DNA from: Ramazzottius varieornatus
Taxonomy: Eukaryota > Animalia > Tardigrada
Assembly (NCBI GenBank): GCA_001949185.1
Contig: BDGG01000011.1
Coordinates: 1,610,747 to 1,674,746 of the forward strand
Reading direction: 5' to 3'
DNA length: 64,000 nt
Shown here: in pieces, positions 38,101-50,401 of the stretch
How the letters are laid out: each line of letters opens with the position of its first letter
How positions within the stretch are numbered: position 1 is the stretch's first letter
Position numbers and translations under genes: made by a program
The notes under the pieces: model-generated
The model's input: the letters and a program-made list of their open reading frames with translations, nothing else
The model's database searches: none
Told to the model about the DNA's origin: nothing

Positions 38101-41100
38101 CTTGGTTTCGGTTACGAGTTTTGCTTGTCAGATCTGGGATACTGCTTCCGGGTTAGTCTAGATTTAGTACGAATGAATGGACATTTTTAGCGATTTAATA
38201 GGTACAGAGCCAACGAAGTTGCATGTGCAGTAAAAAGGTCAAGTCGGATGACCATTTCTGATCATCATACACTATCTGAAAGTGATGTCATTTCGAAGGG
38301 GCTTTTTCCGCGCGGACCATACATATGGCTTATGCCTTGTATTGATTGCAGAGCTTCTTCTTACGGATCCGCTTAGCCCACTAAAGATTCTGAACTCTAC
38401 AGTGACGCAACAGATCACGAATACATCGTCGCAGTACGGATTACCGGTCACTGTATGCCGTATTAAACTGTTCCCTTTACTTCACTCGGACTGAAGCATC
38501 GATCTGTGCTAATACGACACTTCCTTATTTTCGAGCTCTTCCCTTAGTGTTTTAAAAGGGAATGACAGGATGTGCGTTAGGTGTCTTCAGTCTTGCATGC
38601 ATAACTGTGTTGATTGCGTTGACCTAGCAAGCGACTTGCTAAAATACACTTTCCATACAAGCAACCCTCGAGCGGCTTATCTTCGAAGTGAGATCGGTTC
38701 ATCTCATGCACACTTGACTCAAAATTTGAAAATTTCATTTCTCAGCTGGTTTCCGATTCCCCGTCCTTGATCACGAGACACATTTTCTTGCTTGGGATTC
38801 TTGATATCTATTATCGCTGAGGATTTCGGGGAAAAAGAGTAGCTAGAAAGAAAGTCTGGAGTTTCAGCCAAGTCAGGAGGCAAAGTTTGCCCACCAACCC
38901 ACCCCAGGAAACTCGCGCATTTCCGGCCTGTTATGCACTATATTCGAAATTTTCAAATTTTCTCTCAGGTTTCATTTCAGTTGATCAAATGTAGCAAGCA
39001 GGTTTTTACTCCAACAGGTTTCGCAAGCAAGATTGAGGACACCTATGTATGTGAGGAAACCAGCATCGCAATGTTGATTAAAATGAACGACGTCGGGCAA
39101 ACAATTCAAACTGATGCGTTGTTGACTATCACACAGCAGCTAAGAGCTTTTTGGAACGTGGCGTTGTTTCGTCCCCGAATACTGAACCTTTCGAGAACGT
39201 GATACTGTCCTGCATTTCGGCAATATTTACCTTGTGATGGCCGGCATGTCCAGATCATGGTTGGGGCGCGACAGCAAAGATTTTAGTGGGAATAACGTCA
39301 GACGAAAAGACAGGAACACTGTCGAAACGTGTCATGCTGATGGTGCAATATCCATATCCACTACGAGTAGTCTCTACCATCTGGTTCCGCCCAACGCCCA
39401 TTTGTGAGGGTTGGTTTCCGCGTACACTGTAAGTATACGCGCGACGAGATATTATGGGCCTTTAAAAATTCCGGGCCAGGCGGAAAAGACGGCAAATTTA
39501 CAATTTGTGTGGAAGTCAGAGACAGAAATCGGACAAATGACGTAGTGAAATTCAACCGTAGAAAAATGTCATGGATAGTGGCCATCAGCTGTTCAGCTGT
39601 CTACTCTAAAGCTTTACCGCTGCTATCGACTTTCTCCCGGAGAAGCCCTGAAATAGTTGGAGCTGTTGAAGTTGTGCGCGTTCCGGTAAAACTGAGATCT
39701 ACAGTAACTAGCAACTGCTATAATAAATACGACAAGCTTTAGCTCCTTGGCTAGTATCCAGCACGTACGTACAGCAGTCCACCCTTCGATGCTGGTTTTT
39801 ACTTGTAGCAAGAATCACCTGCCCGTGCCGCCGTAGCGAAAGGGCCTGGCCCGTAATTTTTACAGGCCCATAATGTTTCGTCGTTCGTGTACTGTACATA
39901 CGAAGATCTAGCTACTGGCTTTTTCGAACGACGTGTGCCTGAGTGTACGGTGCGCGCAGCGTAAGGCTAGATTTGCCTATCGGACAAACCAAATTTAGCA
40001 AGGTTACAACGGTGTCTTAGAGTGCCAATCAACGGTAGATGACGTCACGTGATCACGAGTAGGGATACATATTGTGCACTGTAGCTTGATGTTTCGAGTT
40101 CCTCTTCTAAGATTGACCCTACGGCGGCGACAGGATCAGAATCAGTTCTGTTATTTTACTTCCCTTGCTTATCGTGATAGGAATAGCTCACTGGAGTGAG
40201 TCGGCCTTTGCTATGGAGGATTGGCGCAACAACACCGAGACTCAAATGAACGTTAGCACGGCAGTTTCAGAGGTCAAATCACGATTCTTCTCGCCGAATC
40301 ACGATTCTGAAGGCGCCAGCGGATCGAACTAAAGCTGAGCAACGGATGATCATGATAGGTAGCAGCAGATAATTCGGTTTAGAAACCACTGTTTCTGTGT
40401 ATAGTTTTGTATATTTAGTCATGGGGAGTTTGATCGCAGAGTTCATGGTGGTGCTGGCGATGATAGTCGGTTGGTAGAGAGTACCACATTGTTCCTGCTC
40501 CAGCCACATCGGTGTGAAGCCTGGCTCATACTTACGACCACGATGAATGCCACAACAAGAACTAATCGGTCCGAAGACATTGGACTCCGTAATAGACAAA
40601 GGCCGGAACCTGGCTTAGAATCAGTCTACACATTGCTCGGTAATACCAATCTGTACATCCGGAACGCACTAGGCTTCCTGGAGAACCTTTGATCGATACG
40701 AAATAACGCTACCAGCTTTCTTCTGTCTAGAATAGTTTTCACAACCACAAAGCTTTTGACAGTGAGGTGGTTGGCATAAAAATTGACATCGAACTAGACG
40801 CTCCAGATATTCAGTAAGGACCGTAAACGTTAACCGGAACCCAGTCTGATTCCTGCCAGGCAGCCGCAAAGCTGCGCATGGTGCTACGAATGTACAGGGT
40901 GAGTACGCCGGTTTGCTACCACCTGGAACCTCAGCGCAGGAGAAAGTCAAAGTGCTGGTTGTCCTTTGGGTCATTCACAGATTTCGTTCAACTTTTCAAG
41001 CTCTTCTAGAAGAGATATACAGTAGATCACTTGCATGCATTGAGACCATGGTTGAGAAAGTCGATTGGCAGGACTTCCGGTGAGGAAGACTTCTCGCCAC

Positions 41101-43972
41101 GAACGAAAAAGGTTCCCTGGAACTCCCTGTTTGAGAATCCATCCGCAATTTTATTTCAGCCTGGGTATAAATACGTAGGTGCTCATTGAGAATTGGAATA
41201 GATCAAACTAACTTTGAAAAGGAAGTAATATCGTCGAATTGGACCATCTTGCCGGGAAACCCCTCCTCGTGGAAAAAAATTGCAAAGTGTGTTTTAAACC
41301 AAGCATTTGTTCACACAGCCGCTTTTCGTTTAGCTGAGTCCCTGGACTAATCTTTCATCACTGTCCGAGATGCAAGATCTTTCCGAGAAACTGAAGAAAA
41401 TTGCTCGAATTTCCCTCAAAATTCAAAAAAGTTGTTGATCCAGGCGAACCTTGTTTTTCTGAAAGGTGTTCCGGCACTCTGACTTCGCCCAGTCTGTCTT
41501 AAACCGTTCGTGATTTAGATAGCCCTCGAATTTGGCTACGCGCTCATGTTTTTGCTTTCCGGAATACGATTCAGACCATTTCGAGACATCCTGTTTTTGG
41601 GCGACCACCCTTTAATTTTGCACGATTTTGCAAAAGTTGCTGTATCAGTAAATCAACAAGTGGTACAATGAAGCACGATGTTTTTATCGGTAGTAGACCA
41701 CCGTTAAACGGTTCGCAATCAGCAGTTTTCAATCGAAATTGCAATTGGGTGAGAAAGATTTTCTCCCCGAGGGAGAAACCGCGAAAAGTTTCTGCCGAAG
41801 CAGTTGCACGGTTGCACCTTTCCTGATTCGTGATCAAATCTGAGCTTCCCGTAGATATTCTTCCAGGCCAAGTTATTTTTAAAAGGTAGTAAAAAGGATG
41901 TCAAAGTAAGGAAAAATATTTAGGAGGACGAACATACGCTCAGCCGAGAGCGCCATAATTGTTAAGAGGTGGTAGCAAGTTGGCGTACTCACCCTGTAAT
42001 ACCGGCAGGCAGTCAGCAGGATCAAGACAGTATCGTCTGAGCAAGCGTGCCTATGCTAGGTATTCCAGCTGTCGGCGTCCAGCAGCGGCCACAAGGCTGG
42101 AAAACAGTCTATTAGCCACATAGTCAGTGTTGTCTCATAACAGGTCGAGTCGCACTCCGTTCAGGTTGAAGAAGGGTTGAAAGGGTTCCATGTTGGACTT
42201 CCGTCTTTCGCTGAACCAAGGATTGTCTTTACCACCTGCCACATTGAGTCTATGTCACTGACCAAAGCAACCGAGACTTTCCGGTATCAGTTGAGGGTAC
42301 GAGCTTGCCCAAGTTGTTCAGCGGCACCCTGGCGCACTTGATCTGAGTTTTCCGGTTTGAACACCACATCCGCGTATTCATGTACTGTATCATCATTGGT
42401 ATATTTCCAGAGTTATTTGTCGGCTCTCCCATAGCCTTGACCTGCAGCACCGAATGATCCAGATAAACAACGACATTTTGTACTTCGATCAAAAACATTC
42501 AAACAAAAAATATCCGATTTACGTATATCATATAATGATATAGCCTGATTATAGTCCGTAAATGGACTAAAAATGTCGGGCTAGTATGTATCAGGTGCAG
42601 AAGTATGATTTGTTACCCCTGGGAACACTTCAACTTCAGAAAATCATGGTTACGCTCCCCGTTGTTCTTTTGTCCCGAAGTCTTTTTTCTCTCACTTTGC
42701 CAACTCCTGGATATCGGAAGTGTTGGGGAAGTAACAAGTCATACTTCCGCACCTGATAGATAATGCTGTCCCAATGTCGCAGGGAGATGGAGTTCGAGTA
42801 CTTCATGCCACTGACGGAGCTCGTATGTCTCAGCGTGAAGATCAAGCCTGGGTTTTCGTGTCGCATGTTGCGCACATGGATGTCCGTCGTCATCCAGTTA
42901 CACGGAAACTGGACGTCGCGACTACAAGCTGATGTCCGCTGGTTAAACTAGCCATTTGCAAATGCAGAATATCAACTACCTCAACATTCAACCCACACTC
43001 ATCTGTCACTGGAAACTTGTTGGATTTGCTGTCTGTACCAGAGAGATCCTTCGATCTCGACGAACTGGAGGAACACTACCTATAAACCATGCATTCTGAC
43101 AGCCAGTTCACGGTGATCGCTTGGCAAGCAGCCTCCCGGCTTGATCGTTAAACTGACACTGGGCAGGCAGACTGTTTGTGAACAGGATTCCTCTTCGTGG
43201 AATCTCGAGCTAAGCTCTTTTACAAGCAAGAAGAAAAGCGTTCACATAGGGCAATCAGCTCTGTCCTGTGCCTAATTCAGGAAGATTGGCCATAGCAGAA
43301 GGGAGCCGAGAAGCAAGCAGCACGCGTGAACAGGAACTGCAAGCTAGTTCTTCCGCTCGGTCCGCACTATTACTTCCCGGAATCCCGGGTGGACATCTTG
43401 CTGTCGGTAGATCAAATTTGGAAAGGAGTGCTTCGGTGAAATTTTTGCACTTCAAATAATTTCCGACGCACAAGACAAACCGGGCACACCCTTATACAGT
43501 ATACCTAAATGCTTCCATAAACTTGGCGTTTTCTGGAGTTGCGATAGATGATAAGTTATTAAGATCTTGAAAATTGGAGATGAGATTTAAGACAGATATC
43601 CGAGATACTGTGAAGACATTTTTGTTGTGGAGTGAAGGCAGGAGGAATTGAATTATCACCACAATCATATGGCACAGATGAAGCCAGCAAGCAGGCCTCT
43701 TCGGTGCTAGGAGTTATAACATGGAAAGAGCGGAGGCTGATGTCCAAGTTTCGCTTGGTAGGCAATTTTGTTCACACGGTTTATTACGCCCTAATGATGC
43801 CTACTGAGAATGCAACTTGCCAGGCTTGCTAGGAGCGCGAACAGAAATTCCGTCGACTTGGACCCTAATTGTGCTTGATCAAATATCGGTGATTGATCAG
43901 CCGATCTTTATGGCATTTTAATCTCTTGTGCCTGCCAAGCAGATCACCGTGAACTGGATCTTACATCCAGGG

Positions 43973-44526
43973 CTACTTGGCAAAAGCACAACCTGGACAT
44001 TTCATGCACGCATCAACGCCGTAGAGCACCGTGCATTTGGACTGGGCTGAAACAGACAATACGGCAATCTCTTTGGAAAATATCCGGTGTGATGGGGATG
44101 AAAGGCGACTGTAAATTACCAGGAGCTGATGTGTAGCCAGCCGGTGAGTCGAGGCTGTATGGGTTGTAGGGCGTGTTGACCATTCCGGGAATAGCGGGCA
44201 CGGCACTGCCACCATAACCGTGGCCAGGAGTATCTAGTGGCGCGACTGGCGTGTTGGGATTGTGGTGGATGGACGAGTCGGCGCTGTCGTCCAGCTGATC
44301 GGACGGAGATGGTCTTTCACGGTCACCTGTGGGACGAAAAGACCTCGTCGAAAACTGCCACAGCAAACCTTTCGATTATTCGTAATGGATACCGCAGTTC
44401 ATTCCGCTGACCTTTGATGCGTAACGGAGCAGCATGGCACCCACACCGTAAGCTGAACACGTACACGAACACCAAGACTTCGAGAACCGGATGTTCGAGT
44501 GCCTCCTTCGTGGCGGCTTGGTCCAT
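43973..44526 (-). CDS. Small putative secreted protein, Pro/Gly/Ser-rich with a C-terminal 4-Cys motif; 3 exons
   Basis: ORFs 44323..44526, 44013..44366 and 43973..44215 join through two short phase-1 GT-AG introns: MDQ...VLVFVYVFSLRCGCHA-APLRIK|GDRE...TSAP|AQSKCTVLYGVDACMKCPGCAFAK*. Confidence 0.6.
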
Positions 44527-44696
44527 TCGCCCATCTCGCTAACTTCGGGTGTGCGCGCGATAGCATACAGATGACAGTAACAACTGTGACGATGCTGATT
44601 CACCAAACAAACAGGACCCACTCGCGTCAATATTCCCCTTAACGAAATGAAAAGGAGAGGAATAAGAAACTATATGAGGAAGCACCGTCTGAGTAT

Positions 44697-47424
44697 TCAT
44701 TCACTTTTGTCGGTTTCTTTCTTCCGTAAGAGTTTCATCAAAAACTGGAACAGTTCATTTTCTGTTTTCCAAAGAACGGTCAAAACAGAAGTACCTAAAA
44801 CCCCACCAAAAGATAGAAACACTAATTTGCCTCCCACAGATTCGAGATTACAAAAAGGACGGAGTATATAGAGAAAGACGGCGGTGCTGGCGCACACCGA
44901 GAAGAACGTCGCGTTGACCAAAACGCCCTTCAAAGGTTTGTGGGGTGTGCCGGCGTAGTACCGCCGAATGAATACCACACTGTGAGCAATGCGGAGAGCC
45001 ATGTTGAGCGAATTGGCCACCACGAAGCCGACTGCACCCAACCATCTGACGAAGACCCAGGATGAAGCGAGGAAAGCCAGCGTGAAACCGACCAACTTCC
45101 GGTTGTAACTGAAGAAATTCCGAAATTAATTCTGGCTCGATTTTTGGTACTTGAATTTTTCAAAGCAGGCACCGAATAACACTAAGTGGTCTTAGAGTAT
45201 GAGTATTGTGTAGAACATTCACCAAACTTCTGGAATTATTATAGATAATTTTTTGATGCGTAGACAAACAAACTTGAGAAGATCGCTTTCCAAGTGGCGC
45301 ACGCTTCCAGCCAATCATATTGAACATCTACTCCACTTCGGAAATCATCTTGTCGAGTTTTTTCGCCTGGCTCCCGCTCGGTGGCTCCCGCTCGGTAAGA
45401 TTGGGATACCACTTGGAGAATTATGGTAGGAAGAATGTATGCCTTACTTGTCGACTTCGGCTTTGCTCATGGCAGAAAAGACGAAAGCTTCGGTGACGCC
45501 GTTGACAGCCAGGAAGAGAACGTAGACCCAGAAGGCGCGCATCAGCAACGGAGCGGATCCGCTGTTCAAGGTTTCTCCTCCGTAAATTGACAGAAGGACG
45601 TCCGAGTAGCTGAAGCCGAACACGACGATGATGACACTCAACGCTGTGATGCTCTTCAGGTATACTTCCAACATCTTGGCACCGAAAGCGGCTTGCGGGT
45701 CCTGCAAAGTGAAACCAACCGTCAGTCACGCAAACGAGCCGTATCGTGCACCATCATCCATGGCGCGCCGTTAGGTAAAGTCAGCTGACCGTTGGGCACG
45801 GCCTATGTGGCCGATGACGACACGACGATTTCTTCTGGTTGTTGGTTGATTGATGATCGTTGATTGATACAAATGCGAACAACGGAAAAAAATTCTTACC
45901 TGCTGCTTTTGCTCATCTTTCTCCACTTTCTCTCTCGGTAAAACCTTAGAGAAGAAGAGGTAAGCGTTCTCCTCGACTTGCTGGAAGAGAAGTCGAGCCA
46001 CGAGAGATCCCAAGTTGCTGACGACGTCGTATATGCCTTGTTCAGCGAACGTCAGCATCTGCAGGCCGGACATGACGTAGCGCTCGCCTTCAGTCAGCAC
46101 TTGTTTGAGGAAAGACTGCTTGGTGAAACTCCACGTCAGAGGAATGAGACGGGGTGGGAGAAGAGGCTTGGAGTGGGAAGGCAGGAAGTCGCGGATGGAA
46201 TGGACGGGCAGGGGATGTGGCGTGGACGGTGGAGTGCGGAGAAGCTTGATGAAGTGGTAGTAGAAAATCGACGTGTACACTACAAAAATAAAATTCCGTA
46301 AATTACAAAGAAACACAGACTGAATCTCTCAAACCAATGAGAAAGCTCTAAAGAGTGAAACCGTTTCCTGAAATTACTTAGTAAGAAAATTTTGGAATCG
46401 AGAGGAGCTCAGAGCTCGGCGAACAAACCCGACAAGATCGTTTTCCCTAGTGGCGCACATTCTCAGCCAACAATAATGGAAGCACGCGCCACTCGGAACA
46501 AACTAGTAGGAACTGTTTCCCAAGTGGCGCATGCTTCCGGTTTTAATGGCTTTAAGTGTGCGCCACTTGGGAAAAACAGCGTTATCGAGTTTGCTTGCTG
46601 AGCTCCCCATGCGAAAAAATAATTACGGATTGCGCTAAGGATCTGCGTCGTGGAGAATATTGCAATGCCGTAGTAGGGAGTTCGAATTATCAATACTGCG
46701 TTGAGGAATGCTTGGAAAATCAAGGAGTAGAATTTCGCCGAAACCTGAAAAATAGATACGATTTTATTCGAAGGAAATATCGAAATATTCGCCCAGAGTT
46801 CAACAGAATATTCGTCCAAATTCTTACGCGAACTTTGAGCAGCATCCATTCTTGAGCAACGATGTAGAGCGGTTCACAGAGCATATCGATGGTGGAAGTG
46901 GCAGAGTAAGCGAAGACGCCGTAGCCATAAAACGGAGCATTCGGTCGCTCCATCACAAAATACCATATTAAACTGAAAAACACCGACAAGGCTGCCGAAG
47001 CTGCTGTCCTGCAACACAACCAATAACGTTATGACTTCCACAAAACCTTTGGAGAACGGCACTGACACTCACGCGAGCCACATTAGATTCACCGTTTGCT
47101 TCCAGTCGGCCTTTCTAAGATTGCCCGAGCATGCTCGTCTGACGCCTTCTCGACAGAGAAAGAGGATGGTGGTGTGAAGGAGTAGTAGCCTGACGTTGAC
47201 GATACCCAGGAGGTCTTTGGATGCATAACGGACGACCAGAGCGTTTAGGACGAAAGTTACGACTTTCCCGATAATCTGTCAAGCCACAACGTGGAAATTT
47301 ACGATGTGGGGCATCAGGTAGAAAGAAAGAGCCTTACCTGAAGGAAGATGTTGACGTAGGTGGACTTAATCGCTCCTGCGAATGTCGAGCTCTGCTCTGG
47401 TGAAACCTCCATGGTATCAGGCAT
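44697..47424 (-). CDS. RFT1: RFT1 homolog (Man5GlcNAc2-PP-dolichol translocation protein), multi-exon
   Basis: NIFLQ, GIVNVRLLLLHTTILFLCREGVRRAC, MLCEPLYI, KQSFLKQVLTEGERYVM, EQGIYDVVSNLGSLVARLLF, LAVNGVTEAF and GFVVANSLNMALRI. Confidence 0.95.
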
Positions 47425-48135
47425 CGGGACTGGAAAGCATGGATAGAGAATCAAGGATGATGGAGGTGGAGAGAGGAGAAGTATGAAGAAACCTTGTACA
47501 GCAGAATAATTTTCGCAGCTTCGTCCGCTGAGCTGACGCACGACGTCACGGCAGGCGCTGTACTGCCCGGCTTTTTCGCTGACGCGCATGACGTATGCGT
47601 CGACGATAATGTCATGTCATGTGGAATTAACATAATACGAGCAGACCAAGTTGGCAAGCCGTACCCTGTCGGACAGTCTTTACCGCCAACCGGATTCTTT
47701 CGGTTTTGCCTGGACCGGAAGCCAGGATCTTCTGGAGATTCGTTCGTTTGGTCTCATCTCTGGACTGGGAGCTTCGTATTAGGTTGGCTCGAGGAAATGT
47801 TTACTGTGCCACAGGTTGCAGTGTAACCACTAGACTATAAATGATGGAGATGTCCGAAACTACTTCCTAGTTATAGTTTAATCTGACGTTTCATGGCCGG
47901 AATCGCCACATTATCGATCTTTCGTACAGAAGGCTATCTAATCGCAGAGATAAAGAACATGATTTCACGTCGTCCTAAGTGTTTCCTGCTCAGCCACGTA
48001 CTGAATTTACGTTCTAACAATTTCCGCCATGTCTTACTGTTAGCCATTGATGCCCAATAAAACTTGACCGCTCGGTCATAAATTTTACCAGGAACTCATC
48101 AGGCGGAAAATCTTCGCACGGAGCCCGTACGTCCA

Positions 48136-49275
48136 ATGGCCGAATTGGACAGAGCTGCCAACCAGCTGCTTCTTCGTTGGTTGGATTTCGCCATCGGCAA
48201 CCTAGCCGACTATCCCATCGAATTTCAACTGTTGACCAGCCGTATCGCCGCTTTACTGTCCACCGCAGTCAGCGCCTTGACTCTGCCGACACCAGCGGTC
48301 GCTCCTCTGTCACCCAGTGTCCCATCCAACATTCAATCCACCGTCACCTCCTCATTCTCACGCGGAACCCTTGGTCGTTCTTCCATTCGACGTCCCCTTC
48401 TCTCCACCAACACCTTCGCTCCCCTCAGCCCCACATCGCCCACTCCCGCCTCTCCACTGGCCACGACGTCGACATCCAGCAGTCTTCTCGAACGCTTACT
48501 ACAGTCTACCCATCCACAAGGCAACATATCCCATCGAGAAGTCCGCCCAGGATGGTTCCGTGCAAAGCTGTCAACTGAGCACGGCCAACGATTATACGAG
48601 TACGCCGCTTCCTCCAAAGAACTCAGTCCCGAACAAGTGCGTCTGTTTCTTGATGATGCAATACCGAAAGCCAAAGCCACGTCGGCGGTCTTGCTGACTA
48701 ATGGAACAATCGGTGGATCTCAGAGGATAGACATCTTCGGAGCAGGAATGAACCACAACGAATTCATCCCTGTCCTCTTCCTTTCCAATTTTCCCAAGGA
48801 TAATATCATAGCAGAAAAGTTGTTACGTGTCGCCGACGAGATACTGACGTTCCTGATAAAGACACAAGCCAGTGCAGCCAGGAAAGACCAAGTGTTGAAG
48901 GTCTTCACAATTATGCCCAAAGTGTGCCATGTCTTATCACTCTTGCTGGACTTTATGGCCGTTAAGGGCGACCAACTGCGGAGTACGGTTAGTCTGCATG
49001 GTAAATCCTTACTACCCGAGTATCGAGCCTTATCGTTATCTGGCCGGCGTATTGTACAGTCTAGGCTCACGCCAGAGGGCGCCAGTGTGGCCACTACTAC
49101 CACCACCAACCGAAAAAGTATACGGGGAGGTAGAACTGTGACCGAGACTACCACCGTTACCAGCAAACTTCAGCGGATGACGGTGGCCCAGTCGATACCA
49201 CGGAGGTTCCCCAAAGAGGCACAGAACTTCATTCAACGAGAAATCGACAAATTCAACCAAGGTTTCGAAATATAA
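48136..49275 (+). CDS. Hypothetical 379-aa intronless protein with an S/T/P-rich low-complexity segment
   Basis: Long ATG-initiated ORF, head-to-head with RFT1 (~700 bp apart) and followed by an AT-rich 3' region. No recognisable domain. Confidence 0.7.
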   Translation: MAELDRAANQLLLRWLDFAIGNLADYPIEFQLLTSRIAALLSTAVSALTLPTPAVAPLSPSVPSNIQSTVTSSFSRGTLGRSSIRRPLLSTNTFAPLSPTSPTPASPLATTSTSSSLLERLLQSTHPQGNISHREVRPGWFRAKLSTEHGQRLYEYAASSKELSPEQVRLFLDDAIPKAKATSAVLLTNGTIGGSQRIDIFGAGMNHNEFIPVLFLSNFPKDNIIAEKLLRVADEILTFLIKTQASAARKDQVLKVFTIMPKVCHVLSLLLDFMAVKGDQLRSTVSLHGKSLLPEYRALSLSGRRIVQSRLTPEGASVATTTTTNRKSIRGGRTVTETTTVTSKLQRMTVAQSIPRRFPKEAQNFIQREIDKFNQGFEI

Positions 49276-49569
49276 ATCGAGCACTTGTCTGACAGTGTCA
49301 AATTGAAAGCATATTAGTAATATTTAGTTAAAAGACTGTAGCAGATTGAAAAGGTTGCTACTGGGCTCCAAAACACAATAACTGACCACTTTAGATACAT
49401 TTTCTTGTTATCATACCATAAAAAGAAAATCTATCTCTAACAACATCTATGGTGATTTGTAGCCTCATTAGTACATTCTCTCATCTTGTATTTGTCGGGT
49501 CGCAGCCGACAGTAAACAAACGTGACTGCGCTATACTGCGACGACATGTCCATCTATAATTTTCTATAT

Positions 49570-50401
49570 TTATCCGTTATCATTGTTGGTAGTCCATAAA
49601 ATCGATTCCACCACACGATCGACCTGGCAAAAGAACAGAGAAGTCTATTCATCACAATGGTGATTTACGTACTGTATGCATTTGAGCCCAAAAAAAGGTT
49701 ACCTGGTAAGGTTTACAAGTGACGATTTGTCCGTCGACCACATGTTGCCCCCTCTCGACGGCGTCCTTAACCGATATGGGATTGTGGAACTCCAGGACGG
49801 CTGAAGCTGGACCGTCATCCTTCAGGGCGCCATTCATCTGCACACTATTAACTTGCCCATAGCGACGAAAATACTCTACGAGGGATTTCACCGTGGTTTC
49901 TCTTGCCAAGTTGCTCACGACCATCTTTCTCCTGCGACATGCAGAAAAAGCCATTAGCATGGTACCCGCCACCTGACTGGTAATTGTCGATGGCTTCAGC
50001 TTGACCCTTCTCGTACCTGTGATCTTCGGGTGTAGCGGATAGCTGGTAGACTTGGCTGTAGCTGCCCGATGATGTGGCTTCTGACGGATGTTGTATTGCG
50101 CCTGATTGCGCTCGCGAGACCACTCCTTGTAAGGCCGCTAGCAGATCCCCCTCTCCACTTGTGGCATCCGCCTTGAGCGCCGAATAGGTCGCCAGATACT
50201 TTAGCAAATCACTGGTATCATCACCTTTCATCACCTATAGGCCAAAATCAACTTTGTAGAAGTCAAATCAGCTGTCCAATAAATTAAGGTGAACATGGAT
50301 GAAGCCATTGACAGTTCTCTTTTGACCCTTACCAGATCGTTGATGGTAGACAAAATTGAGTTTCTAGAATTAGTAGCGTTGGAGTCGCTCCTATGCGCCA
50401 T
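49570..50401 (-). CDS. Single-RRM RNA-binding protein (hnRNP A/D / Musashi-like RRM), ~4 exons
   Basis: RKMVVSNL (RNP2), TTVKSLVEYFRRYGQV, AVLEF and HVVDGQIVTCK; flanking exons join by GT-AG introns. The 5' end is uncertain. Confidence 0.7.

Noticed and set aside
35300-43500. Scattered short ORFs (e.g. 39404..39742, 40279..40599, 42763..42951) with some exon-like or signal-peptide-like pieces
   Set aside because: No coherent gene model or domain could be supported; possibly decayed genes.
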